This document shows, piece by piece, positions 1 to 23,200 of a stretch of 63,845 bases of DNA. The notes under the pieces are model-generated. The model did no database searches. It was not told the origin of the DNA and worked only from the letters and a program-made list of their open reading frames with translations. A program made the translations under genes and the position numbers. Source of the DNA: Salpingoeca rosetta (Eukaryota; Protista; Choanoflagellata); assembly GCA_033442325.1 (NCBI GenBank), contig JAWQFM010000008.1, positions 558,156-622,000 on the forward strand, read 5' to 3'. Every line of letters starts with the position of its first letter. Within the stretch, counting starts at the first letter, position 1.

Positions 1-2582
1 ACTCCACCACCACCACCACCACCACCACCACCACCACCACCACCACCACCACCAGCAGCAGCAGCACTGCGCATGGTGGCAGACGATGCTGCCTCTCCCA
101 CCCCTTCCATTGCCTTGTCTCCCTCTTCTCCCTCCTTTTCCTCTTCGTCTTCGCCCTCGTCTTCGCCCTCGTGTTCGTCCTCGTGTTCGTCTTGCTCCCT
201 CTCATCGAGGATGCGTCGCTGCCGCTCCAGCTGCGTGTCCACCGAGTCGATGATCGCCTGCACGCGCGTCTTCCCGTCCTTGCGGTACTGCCCGCGGTCT
301 TGTGCCAGCTGCTGAATTTCCTCCTCCAAACACCCGCCCACATCGATGGTCGAGGTGGCCGACGTGGCGGTGGTCTTGCCCCTTCGAGCGACGTTGCCCT
401 TAATGAGCGCCAGCACCACCTCCATTGGGTTGAGGTCGCTGTACGATGGCGGAGAGAAGAGCACCCTGTGGCCCTGGGCTGCGGCCAACTGCACAACCTC
501 CGGCTGCACGTTGTCGTTCACCCACTGCTGCAGACGGAGTCTGAGCTCGCTGGCAAAGTCCGTCTCACTCACAGCGACACCCCTCGCTTGCAGGGCCGCG
601 ATGACGTCTGCCTTGTTCATCTGCTCGGGCACTGGCGTGTCTGCCGGGAGGGTGCGGTGGTAGGCGGCGTTGTCCATGATGATGAGTGATGGCTGATGCA
701 GGTTTGGCAGCAGCGCCTCCTTGAACCAGCCGAGGAAGTTCTGCGCATTGAATGCCTTGTGGTAGTCGCCTGTGTGAAACGCCCCACGCTGCGCCTTGCT
801 CCGCGCACGGCGCTGTTTTGGTTGCTGCTGCTGTTGAGGGAGATCGTCGTCAGCAACAGGGCATGTCCTACGGGTGTGGCCCGGCTGCTTACACCGCCCA
901 CACTTGCGTGACGACTGCTGTGGCATGTTGCCGTGCTGCTGCAATTGCTGCCGCTGCTGCTGCTGCTGCTGCTTCCCATGCCGTTGCTGCCGCTCCCGCT
1001 GCGGTCCGCTGCTTGGGTCGAAGATCCAGGGCGAGTTTGGAACCGGCCCAGCAAGGGCGCGATCGTCGTGGTCGCCGTCAACACAAGTGCGCGGGTCTGG
1101 ACCCTGGACTGCGAGGGCGAAACAGTAGCGGCGACCGCGGTTCGTCTTGCGGTGGCTGCCCTGATCGTTGTTGCTGTTGTTGTTATCAACGTACGATTCA
1201 TCCAAGTACACCTACGGGACAGGGTACGGACTGTGAGCAACGCAGGGCAACGCGCAGCAAACTCGTGACAACAATAACTATGCAACAACAGACACAGCCA
1301 CACCACAGCACAGACAAACACAAACGCACACACACCCACACCCACACATAGACACGCAGACACACACACACACACACACCCACACATAGACACGCAGACA
1401 CACACACACACAGACACGCGCGCGCAGACACAAACACGCAGACACAAACAAACACAAACACACAGACACACACACACACACACACGCAGACACAAACACA
1501 CACAGACACACAGACACGTGCTCATACCTCTCTGAGGCGTTGGGCAGGCGACAGTTGCCTGTTTGCGTCGAGTTCCTTCAGGTACTTCACGAGCAGCCGG
1601 GCGTGCTTGAGCTTTCCTTGCACGACGTGCTTTTTGCGGCGGAGATACCCTGCGCGCTGGAGAAACCGCTGCACCGACCGCAGAGCCGCGGCCTTGTCCT
1701 GTTCGTCATCGTCATCCCCGAGGAAAGAAGGCTGTACGTCCACGTGCCCGTGCTGGCGCAGAAACTTAAACACTTGCACAGCTGTGACACGCTGTCCAGC
1801 CTCCGTCTGCATCTGCACGAAGTCGCGAACTTGACGAAGCACACGCTTGGTCGTGGGAACGCGCGTCGGGAGCTTGGTGTTCTTGCCACGACGATTCTCA
1901 ACAAAGAGACGTTCCAGGCCCTGCAGGCACGATGCAAACAGCATGTGAGCTGGCGTGAACAGACGAGCAGATGAACAGCGCACTGGCGCACGAGCCGGCC
2001 ACAGCAGATTCACCTCCTCAACTTACATCCACGCCGTGCTCTTCAAAAAGCTTGTTGAGCAGTGCGTACTTCCGCCGCACAGTGCTCAGCCCAATCCTGA
2101 GTTGTCCAAGTCAGGGGGTGACAAGAGTCAAGTGAGAACGGTCTTACGAATGACCCAGATCACACATGCCAGCTTAGACAACAATAGCAGAGAGTGTCAA
2201 CATACCCCAGTAGCTCAGCAACACGTTGGTCGACCGGCCCATCTGAGGGCTCGCCGTTGGACTTCCCCCGGTTCATCTCGTGCTTCAATTTCAGCTCAAT
2301 GTACACATGCAAGAGCGTAAGCGTTTCCCTCTCTGTCAGGCCTCGCTGACCCCTCAAGTCTTTGAGGTGCGCACGTACCTTTGCAAGCTTCTGCGTGGTC
2401 GTGTGCTGCTTCGTGCCGGGCTTGGGTTTGGGCTTGGGCGCAGATTTGCGTGTCCTTTGCATTGCCCGCTTGGTTGGCGGCTCCTCGTGCCCTTCCTCAT
2501 CCCCTTCCTCATCACCATCATCGTCGTCCCTCAGCAGCACCATATCCGCCTCATCGGGCACAAACTCCTCGTCGCTGGACAT
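1..2582 (-). CDS. Spliced IS630/Tc1/mariner-superfamily DDE transposase(-derived) gene, DD83E spacing; 3' end beyond window
   Basis: Exons 2582-2206, 2096-2027, 1920-1528 and 1211-<1 have GT..AG introns that join in frame. The protein has an HTH (QRVAELLG|IGLSTVRRKY), a second helical module (ALRSVQRFLQRAGY), then VYLDES, GRRYCF, GDYHKAFNAQNFLGWF, IIMDNAAYH and GHRVLFSPPSYSDLNPME. I count 83 residues between the second D and the E. The last exon frame is absent from the ORF track. Confidence 0.88.
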
Positions 2583-2766
2583 TGTGTTGTGGCGCGAAAG
2601 TCAAACTTTGCGGCAGAACAAAAAGTATCGCTTTGTGTGTCGGGTGGTGGGCACACAATTCTTACGACAACAACAACGCAGACAAGCAAGCAAGCAAGAA
2701 GCAAGCAAGCAAGCAAGCAAGCAAGACAATAGACGACAAGAACAACAGCGATTGTGGTGCGGTGTG

Positions 2767-5700
2767 ATGTCGTCGATGGACTGCGGACCTGATGCGTCCT
2801 CTGCGACGCGCGATGTGCATCCAGGCAACGAGGCAGCGACCCCCGTGCAGGCTGCCGTGGGCGAGGCAGTGGCAGTGGAGGCCGCTGCGGTTGATGGCGC
2901 TGAACAGGCGCAGGAGCAGCAGCCCGAGCAGCAGCAGCAGCAGCAGCAGCCAGCCGGACAGCTGGAGACCATGCACGCCAAAGCAAACACCCTGGACTTA
3001 CACTCCTTCATCGCACAGCTACCAAGGTTCGCTTCTGCGTGTGTGTGCGTGTGTCTGTGTATGTGCGTGTGTCTGTGCATGGATGTGTGTCTGTGTTTGG
3101 GTGTGTTTGTACGTGTGTGAATTTGCGATCCCCCAACTCTCCCCCCCCCTCTCTCTTGAATCGCTGGTGGTCTTGTTCACCTTTGATGACACACGTTTGA
3201 TGTCGTCGTGTGCGCGGGTGTGCGCAGAGACCCAATCCAGGCCCACTTTGAAGTTGCAGAACACGTCGGCAAAGGCTCCCATGGAACCGTGTTTCGCGCC
3301 AAGCATCGTCTGTCGGGTACTCCCGTTGCCATCAAAGTGTGTTTGTGTGTATGTGTGTGTGTATGTGTGTGTATGTGTGTGTATGTGTGTATGTGTGTGT
3401 ATGTGTGTATGTGTGTGCGTATGTGTATGTGTATGTGTGTGTGTGTATGTGTGTGTGTGTATGTGTGTATGTGTGTGCGTATGTGTATGTGTATGTGTAT
3501 GTGTATGCTTGTTTGCAACCCCCCCCCCCGCCAAAACAGGTTCTTGACTCGCACCACATCGCTCGCGTCACCCGTCCACCATTCACCCTTCACCCTCCCT
3601 CACCCTCTCCGGCATCCACTGCCAGGAGGTGACATTGACCCACGGTGCGCGCCCTCGCGAGGTGGAGCACCTGCACCAGGAAATCTACTACCACTCGCTG
3701 TGTAACCACCCGCACATTGTCACGCTGTACACCGTCTACGTCAACGAGTGCCACAGCGGCACCGTGTACTACTTTGTCATGGAGCTGCTGACCGGTGGCG
3801 AGCTGTTCGACCGCTTGCGCAGTGCTCGCCGCTTCACAGAGGCAGACGCAAGCCGCGTTACCCGCAACATCACCACCGCACTCCAGTACATGCACCGGCG
3901 TGGCATTGCACACCGAGATCTCAAACCAGGTTGGGTTACACGTCGTGAACCCGAAGAGTTTGTGTGTGGGGGTGTCTGTATGTGTGTGTGTGTGTGTGCA
4001 TGCGTATGCGTGTACCTGTATATGTGTGTGTATGCGTGTGTATATGTGTGTGAAGTCCTCTTCGTTCCTGTTCTTCCACGTGCGCTCACAGCTGTGGTAC
4101 TGCTGCTGCCGCTATCCCTGTGCTGGTGTTGGTACTTCTTTCAGAGAACATCATGCTGTCACACAAAGGCTGCGATCCGTGGGATCTCAAGATCATCGAC
4201 TTTGGTCAGTGTGCGCGTCGCGTGTGTGTCTGCACACCAGTTGTCTCACTTTTTGTTCTCATTTGCCAACACGCCTGCACACTTGTGCTCACCCACACGT
4301 GTACACATACAATGCTCCGTTGTCTTCAACAGGTTATGCCCGCACGGGCCCAATGACAACCCCACTCGGTTCCGGTTTCTACATTTCCCCTGAGATCATC
4401 CACGCTTACCAATCGTACGTCCATTGCATCTCCTGATTCACATCAACTGTCCAGGGCTTTGTGTTGTAGCCTCCCTCATTTTTCACGCAACACACACTCA
4501 CATGTACACGCGACGCACACACACATGCACACATGTACACACACACGCACATGCACACGCACATGCACACACACGCACACATGTACACGCACGCACACTT
4601 CCATTGCAGGCGAATGGCGTATCGGTTTGTGCCTGGCCGCCCTGCGCCATTCACATATCACACGCAGACGGACATGTGGACGCTTGGCGTCATCGTGTTT
4701 GTACTGCTTACCGGCAGACCCCCGTTCAAGTGAGTTCTTGGCCTGCGCCCGCTGCCCTGCCATTGCTGTTCTCGCTCCTTCTCGCGTTTCTGTTGGCTTT
4801 GCCCTTTCGATCCTCATCGCTCAACCCAACGCGCCTCTCTCCCTCAAACACGATTGCCACAATCAACACACGGCCATCACGGTCACACCGACAACCTCGA
4901 CAATCACCACCACCACCACAATGATCATCACCACCACCACCACCATCACCACCACCACCACCACCACCACCACCACCACAATCATCACCACCACCACCAT
5001 CACCACCGCCGCCGCCGCTTTCCAGGCGCGGACAGCGTCGGTGGTGGGAGGACGCCACGCTGCGCTCCAGCATTCTCGGCACCCGATACCGCTTCAAGCA
5101 AGAGGAAAACGTGTCCCGGGAGGCTCAGGTGTGTGTGTGTGTGGTTGTTTGTGTATGTGTGTTTGTGTGCGCGCATGTGTGGTTATGTTCCTTGTGTGGT
5201 TGTGTGAGTGCATGGTGGCATTTGGGTCACTACTTGGGTGAGCGGTTGTGTCATCAAATGTGCACGCCATCTTGATCTCCGTGGGAGCACGTGCCGTGTT
5301 TGAACAAAGCCGTGCAGTGGTACAACTCATGTTGTGGTTCTTCCTCTGCGCACAGGATCTCGTTGGCTCGCTGCTGCGCGTGGACCCGAAGGAGCGCTTC
5401 ACTGCAGAGGAAGTGTTGCTGCATCCCTGGGTCGTCGGCAGTCCCGAGCTCGCCGCCCGCCACCTCGCCTCCCCCCGAAAGTGCGACCCCTACAACTGCT
5501 GCACGTTAATTTGCCCCTGTGTGTATGTATGTGTGTATGCATGCGTGTATGTATGTGTGTATGTGTGTGTGCGTGTATGCATGCGTGTATGTATGTGTGT
5601 ATGTGTGTGTGCATGTGTGTATGTGCATGTGTGTGTTGCCAGCCAGAGTCTCTGACCCTTATCAATCGTATGTGCGTGTGTGTTGCAGGCTGCGTGAGGA

Positions 5701-6442
5701 GGAGGCTGCGGATTTGTTCCAGCAAGTACGAGAGGATATACACCAGGCGAGAGAGCAAGTCGATCATCTTCAACAAGCAGGTGTGGCTGGCGTAGTTGAT
5801 GTGTTTGATGTGTTTGGTGTTTGTGCTTGCCACAATGTCCAACCCTGCGCGCGCGTGAGCGTCTGTGTTTTGTGTTTTCTGTGCGTTGGCAGCTTTGTTA
5901 TTGGTGTTCTCGCCGTTCACCGATTACCCTCCCCCCCCCCCAACAAAAAAATAACTGCAACGTCACGGACGATGCAAGACGCGACCAAAGTTGCAAAGGC
6001 GTCTGGCAGCCGCATGCGCGCACGAATGGAGAGGCGCCGAAAGGTAACACCAGCGGGCTGGTGTGTGTGCGTGCGTGCGTGCGAGCGTGCGTGCGTGCGT
6101 GTGTGTGTGAGTGTGGGTGCATGTATGTGTGTGTGTGTGAGTGTGTGTGTGGGTGTGTGAGTGAGTGAGAGTGTGTGTGTGTGGGTGTGGGTGTGTGTGT
6201 GTGGGTGCATGTGCGTGCGTGCGTGTGCGTGTGCGTGGTCCTGTGTTTTGCTTTTACTTCGTGCTCACATTTTGACACACACACACGCTCACGCTCACGC
6301 ACACACATACACATGCGTGTGTGTACAGCAACAGCGCGAGCAGAATGACGCTGGCAGTAAGCACGCAAAGCAAGGTAACGTGCCCGCCCCGCCACAACAG
6401 CAGCAACAGCAGCAGCCGCCACAACAGCAGCAAGAACCGTAG
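2767..6442 (+). CDS. CAMK-group Ser/Thr kinase, MAPKAPK (MK2/MK5)-like, multi-exon
   Basis: Spliced motifs GKGSHGTV, VAIK, MELLTGGELFD, HRDLKP|EN, DFG|YARTGPMTTPLGSGFYISPE (TP activation-loop site) and PFTYHTQTDMWTLGVIVFVLLTGRPPF. Basic C-terminal segment RMRARMERRRK. Confidence 0.85.
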
Positions 6443-7104
6443 GAAACATCGCCTTACAAAAGCAACTCAATCCCTCCAACCCTCCACCTGTTGTGCATTG
6501 TTCCCTTCATGCACACATACATGCCAACAAGCATGTCGTTCGTCTTTGTTTTGAGAGGTTGAATCTGAATGCGTGGATTCAATTATTACGTTACGACACC
6601 TGACCATGAATGTGAAATCACACACCACGTCAGCAGTAAAGAGGAACCACAAAAGCAACAGGGCCAAAAGAAACAAGAAGAAGAAGCAAAACAGAAGCAA
6701 ACCACAGAAACGTGCTTGCTTGCTGGTCCCAAACCATCATCATTCGTATCGACAAAGCAGAACAAACGCGCGCACACACTCAGCTGTACGGAGTCGAACA
6801 GCAACGGCACCACATGGAAGCAGAAGCTAGTGAAGCAGCGAAAATGTCACGTCACACACACGCACAGACGGATACAGACACACGCACAGACGGATACAGA
6901 CACACGCACAGACAGATACAGACACACACACGCACACACACACACGCAGACACACACACGCACACAGACACACAGGCGGACAGACATGCAGCTCCCTACA
7001 CCAAATCAGTTGACACATCAGAAGGAAGGTGTCTTCTGCTGTCGCGCCCGCGCTGCTGTGATCGGCCATTGGGTGCACCATCACCACGACCATCACCACG
7101 ACCA

Positions 7105-16779
<9,675 letters not shown>

Positions 16780-18007
16780 GGTGCTGCTGATCCCGGCACG
16801 TAGCGAGCGTATTGATACGGAACGATGCCTTTATGGGGACTCTTGTTGCTGTAGCTGTTGATGTTGTGTCAAGTGCGAAATTGAATCCAAGATCAGCCTA
16901 TGAGCCGTGTCTTTCGTCGCCAGTCGCTCAAACTACAAGCTGCTGGGTATTGTCGTAGTTGCCACTGCTGCTGCTGCTGCGGCCGTCGGTGAAGCACGTT
17001 CTTTGATCCTCTCTCTCAGGGATGCGGTGTGTGCTGTTGATATGAGGTTTGTGAGGTTTTATGCGATGACATAGCATGTGTGTGTGCACGTGTATATTTG
17101 TGTGTGGCGCGTGTGAGGTGTGTTGTTGTTCGTGAGCTGGTGAGTTGGCGTGGGTAAACGTTGGTCAGAGCTGTAGCAAGGTGTGTCAACAAATGCGAAA
17201 TCGCCCCCCCCCCCACACACACGACCAAGCCAGCTCGCTTGCTTGCTTGTCGCCTTGGACGATGTGACAGTAACGACACTCAAAAGACGCTGCACACCAA
17301 GTGATTCCTTCCACACACACACACACGATTGTGCATCCACACATCATCATCATCATCACCACCATCATCATCACCACCATCATCATCACCATCATCATCA
17401 TCACCACCATCATCATCAGAACCAGGTCAGCACGCAGATCCCCCCGTCCCAACAAACCCACAAACAACAAGGACAAAGACAACAACAAAGGATGTCCTCC
17501 AGTGCATGTGTCTTTGTGGTTTCTTTCCCCGCCACTCGTCATTCGTTTCCCCGCATCCCCCGCATGCACCACGGCCCAGCACCATCCTATCCCCCCAAGT
17601 CCTCGCACACCACACCAACCAAACACAAACGCACACCTCGCTCACCTCTCGTCTTCTTCGCCGTCAACCGTTCCTGCTTGCTTGCTTGTTGTGCTGGGGA
17701 AAAATGTCAGAAATTTGGATGGAGATTTCCACCAAAATCACTGCTGGGCTATTTGTACTTTTAATAGGCCAGTTGAAACAACGTGGTCGGTCAAGCAAAG
17801 ACTGAGGAGAGGGCGCAAGAGTGCGGCGAGCAGAGAGAACGCACCAAGCGAGCGAGCAAGCGAGCGACACCACCAGCAACCACACACCACACCACGGCTC
17901 ACGCCTGCACCACGGCCATTCCGCAACCTTTGTCCCCTGCCTGTCACTTACACACCGCAGTGGGCGCCTGTTGATGTCCCCAAGGCACGGCCTCTGGACC
18001 AGGGACA

Positions 18008-20182
18008 ATGCGTCGTTGTGCGGGTGACTTGTCGTCGTGGGCTGCCTGTCGCCGCCACCTGCACCACTTGCAGCTCCGCCGCAGCACACAGCCCCATCGC
18101 AGCAACCCTCTCACAACACAGATTGCACGCTGGTCTGCAGCCAGATATAACCACCACAACAGCCACCACAGGCTGCACAACCACCACAGGCTGCACAACC
18201 CGCGCGGCTGCCCCCACACTGCCACATGCGCCAGGCAGCACCTCCATGCGAGCAACCTCAGCCCCAGCATACCAGCGAAATTCACGACTACATCCAGAGC
18301 ATTACGACCAGTCACAGAAAGAATAGGTGCGATAGGACAAGGTTCGGGCACAGCTGCGCAACACATGCAGGCGCATGCATGCGTGCGCAGGGGTGCCCCA
18401 GCAGCGCTCCCAGCAGCATCTGTCGTCAGCGGGCACAGCAGGCACCTCCACTCTACTTCGCTGTTGGCTGTACAGCGCACAGCCTTGCTTCCTCTCCATA
18501 CTGCACAGCTCCGAACGAAGTCATCGCAAGCTGCCACAGCGTCATCAGTTCAGGAACAAGCAAACAAGAAGAGCCACAACAACAACAACTCACCCGCAGG
18601 CAACCACACCGCCAACGTTGCTCCTGCAAACGCTGCTGAACAACAACAACAACAACAGCAGCAGCAACAGCAGCAGCAGCAACAGCAGCAGCAATTAGAA
18701 ACAGCTTCACATCACGTCATGAAACCACTAACTGCAACCATCACACCCACGCAAACAGCACAAACACCATCAACAAAAACACCAGCACCAGCACCAGCAC
18801 CAGCACCAGCACGTGCTGATGCGCCTGCTTCAAATGCCACCGAGAGTGCCGCGGTCGACGCTGCGATGCAGGACCGAGAGGAGCAGGTGTCGCACCAGGT
18901 CCGCCTCATTGCCGAGATGGAGACAAAGGGGCTGCCTGTTGAGCACTATCGCAGCACGTTCCTACAGCAGCACGCAGAACGTGGCGAACCGCAATACTTT
19001 ACACACTACATGCAGGCAGAGGCCCTTGCCGAAAACGAGGAGTGGCGACGGCTGCTGTTGCAAGCGTACGCGCGTGCCCCGGCATACACGGCCACAGCAG
19101 CGCTGCAGCACCTGCGGCAGAGCGGGTTCGAGGTTGACCGCCAATGGACGCACGAGTGCATTGAGGCGTACACAGAGGCCGGCCGCCCGCAGGAGGCGAG
19201 CGACCTGCTGCTCAGGCTGCTCGACTACGAGAAGAAGCCGTGGACTGGCGCGCGGCGCCTGTACACGCAGGTCATCTCCCGCCTGTGCAAGGAGGGCGAC
19301 CCCATCAGCGCCATCGAGGTGGTGCACGCCTTCCTCAAGTACAACGTGCTCATCAACAACCACACCTTTCGCCTCATCATGGACACGCTCGCCACGCGCG
19401 GCAAGTACAAGGAGGCGAGCGAATTCTTCAACGCCATGCTGGCCACGGGGCTCGTGCCGCACAGGGGCGTGTACCGTGCGTTTCTCGACGCATACCTCGC
19501 TGCAGGGGAGCTGGAGGAGGCAGCTCGCCTGGTGGATATTATGGCGCGAAGCGGTGTTGTCGACGACTGGGAGCACGCGCGCGTGGAGATGTACAACCGC
19601 GTGTTCCGCGGCCTCCTCGCCAACGAGTCTGTGAAGAGCGCAAAAGCATATGCCCTCACGGCGCCCAATTTCCGATTCCACATGGACAGCCACTCGTGCA
19701 AAGAGGTGGTGCGCTTGTACGAGACGGGTGCGCTGCCGGCCTCAACGGCCCTTGTGCTCTTCCAAACCCTCGGCGCAATCACCCCAGACACGCTCGCCAG
19801 CTTGTGCGACCTCGCACAGGCCATGAGCAAGCGCGTCACAGCTCCGACAACAACAGCATCGACAGCAACCGCAGGTACATTGACAGCAATACCAGCAACA
19901 ACAACAACGACAGCGAGTGCGACTGGTGCTCGTGCGACAGGTGCTCGTGCGGGCACAACAGCCACCGCGGGCGCCGCTGATATTGGAGAGCTCGACTCCC
20001 TGCTCACGCTGATTCAGCGCATTCGCTCCTTCCTGCTCACATCCCAGCGCGCAAGCGGTGGCGGCAGCTCCAGTCATGCGAACGTCGCAGACGCCGCTGC
20101 TGCTACTGCGCGCGATGCATTTTCCCGCAAGACCGACGCTGCAGTTGGCAAAGACGGAGAAGCAGTGCCCACATCCTCGCCA

Positions 20183-20214
<32 letters not shown>

Positions 20215-23200
20215 ACAACCCCCAGCTGAACGCCGTGGTGGGGCTCCCGTGCTGGAGCACTTGGGCGATTACACGGCCGATTCGCTGCGCACCGCCGCCG
20301 AGCACATGCTTGATGCTGTTGGCCGTGCTACCACGTCGCAAGGGGCAGCAGCTTTAACAGCAGCAACAGCAGGTTCTCTCAAGGTTGACGGTAGTGTTGT
20401 GGACGCGCTGCTTGCTGCACTGCACATGCGCGTACAGCGGCAGGAGTGGGTTGAGGCCAAGGCACTGCTCAAGGACGTCTATGCCATCAACACGGACCTG
20501 AGCGAGGCGCAACGCTCACATCTAGTGGAGACCCTGAAGCAGGCGCGACAGCAGTGGGCCGCCAGCAAACACCTGCTTGAGGCAGCAAGCGAACATTCAC
20601 ACCCACACCCAACACCAACAACAGGAAAAGGCGCAGCGACAGCCACAACAGAACAAGTAGCAGCAGCAACTCCAGTGACAACGACAGCAACAGCAACAGC
20701 GACAGAGACGCATGCCACCCCGACTCCACCTACAACGGTCACATCATCGCCTGTGAGCATGGGCAAGACCGAGGATCTCAAGGCGTTTCTGACAGCATAC
20801 GACAGCCTCGTCAACCCGCAGTTTGCCATGGCCTCGAAGGAGCTTGAGCTGGCGGCGGCGGTCAAGGAAGGCAGCGTTGATGGCGCGTTTGCCGTCATTG
20901 CCGCCATGAAGAGCGCAGATTTGACCGTGAGTCATCGTCACTATGCGCAGGTTGCCTCGCTGGTGGGCAACGATCCAGAGGTGCTTCTCTTCCACTTTCG
21001 GCGGCTGAGCCAACGCGGCCTGTCCTTTGCCACGACGGAGGTTGACTGGCTTGTGCGCCACCTGGTGCGCCATGGGCTGCTGGGCCGTGCGCTTGACGTG
21101 CCGGCTGCGCTACCCTCATATCGCCCCTCGCACATCATCCTGCGTGAGCTCCTTGTTGCCGCTGCCACCAGTGGCAGCGCCGCTACACCCGCACCAGCAG
21201 CTCACAGTGCAGGTTCATCAACCAGTGCCACCAGTACGGCCGCAGTGCCCTCGCCTCCAACTACGCCACCACCACCAACGCCATCACCAACACCGACGAC
21301 TGCCGCCTCCTTGCTGCCTGCTGCGCTTGAGCTGTACGTGAGCGGCGGCGCGTCCTTCTCGCAGGCGGAGGTGGAGGTGCTTGCAGACCTGTTCAAGCCA
21401 GAGGCCCTCGGGGCTGTGGTGGACATTGTCAACAAGGCGTACGCGCTGCAGCCCACGCTGGTTGATGACCGCGCATTTGTGACCCTGGCTGAGCGGCTTG
21501 TGGAGGCAGGCCTGACGCAGCATTGCCTGTCACTCGTCGACATGTGTCACAGCATCAACGTTACCCTGCCCCCGCGCGTGTACACGCTGCTTGCGCACCA
21601 AGTGCTTGCCCAGCACGGCTGGTCTCGCTTCACGCGGCTGCAAGACAGCATGGCGCATGTCGGTGTGTACTTCAAGCGGGAGGATCGGCAACAGCTGCGC
21701 CAGCGCGCCGAGGCTGCATGGAAGGTAACACAACACAAGTCTGCACCGTATCATCAACATGTCTGTATGTGTGTTTCTGTTGTTTGTTTGTTTGTTTGTT
21801 TGTTTGTGTGTGTGTGTGTGTGTGTGCGTTTGTTTGTTTGTGCGTGTGTGTGTGTGTTTATGTTTGTTTGCTTGTTTGTGTGTGTGTGCGCGCGCGCGTT
21901 TGCTTGTTTGTGTGTGTGTGCGCGCGTTTGTTTGTTTGTGTGGATGTTGTTTTGGGGGCGGAGAGAGAGAGGAGTGCATTTGCTTGTCATCTTGCTTTCC
22001 TGCATGACACGCACGCAGGACAGACAACAAACGCAACGTCTCGTTTACACCCACACGCACACACAGACACAATCAATGACACTGTCCCCTTTCGCTCTGC
22101 TCTTTGTTTCTTGTTTGCCAAGACTGCATCTTTTCTCTGCTCACCCACATTGCCGCTTTTCCTCGCACGTCTGCGCTGTACAGAAGGATTCAAGTGCCGT
22201 TCACCTGCTCAGCTCGAGGGCGGATGTAAAAGGCTTGGTGCAGCGTGCGCTTGACATGACGCTAGACGCGGGGCCACCACACGTGTTCTGCACACGCGCC
22301 GTTGCCGAGGACACGTGCTTTGAGCTGATTCGCCAGCGCCAGCACACCACGCTTGCCGAGTTTGTCGCGTACATGGACGCACAGCTGCTGCCCGTGCCGG
22401 ACAAGGTCATGGCGGCGCTCCTGCACCTTGCACGAGAGGCAAAGGACCCGGCTACGTGCAAATGGGTGGTGACCTTCTGCCACACGCACGGCATGCGCAT
22501 CCCTGCTGCCTCCGTGCGCCTGATTACAGAGAGCCTGCTCGAACACGGGCAACGCGCAGCGGCGATTGACTATCTCTTCTACAGCATGGACGCCTTTCCG
22601 CTCGTGTGCCGGCCGGCAATGATCCAAAGCATCGTGCAGAACGTGCCAGCAAGGACAGCACGCGCCACCCTGCAGCAGGTGACGGAACGGGCACTGGACA
22701 CCAACTCGGGCAAGGTGCTCAACGCGTTGCTGGACTACCACATTGAGAACGAGCGCCCGGCAGAGGCGGCAGCGCTGTTCACGCAGGTGGTGCAGCAGAA
22801 GAAGCACCTCAAGCACAAGCGCGAGTACTTTCGCACGCTCGTCAGCCAGCTCTTGCAGGACGGCGACGGCCAACACGCACACCAGCTGCTGACGACCCTG
22901 GCTCCGCTCGGCTTCAACGCAGACAAGGACACGAACCTTGCCCTGCTCTCGTACCACAGCAGCCGCGGCGCCATTGGGGAGGCCGAGGCGCTTCTGCAGG
23001 CTGTTGCCGAATCCGGCCACCGTGTCAAGGATGCCATGTACACCACCGTGGTTCTCGGGGCTGTTGGACACCGCGCAATCACGCGTGCAGAGGAGCTGTT
23101 TGCGCGCATGCTGGCCGAGGACAGAACAGACCTGCTGCCGTCCATGCTGGCACTTGCGCGGTATTACATGGAGCACGGCGACTACGACGCCGTCAACAAG

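Noticed and set aside
2583-2766. Possible terminal inverted repeat or target-site duplication of the transposase
   Set aside because: No convincing TA-flanked end is visible, and the other end is outside the window, so it cannot be tested.
3540-3632. Apparent Pro-rich kinase insert VLDSHHIARVTRPPF...
   Set aside because: It ends in an in-frame stop. The downstream acceptor (ctgccag|GAGGTG) gives the proper VAIK|EVTL frame.
17183-17805. Poly-His ORFs between MRCK and PPR
   Set aside because: A (CAT/CAC)n microsatellite in a divergent intergenic or UTR region, with no coding signature.
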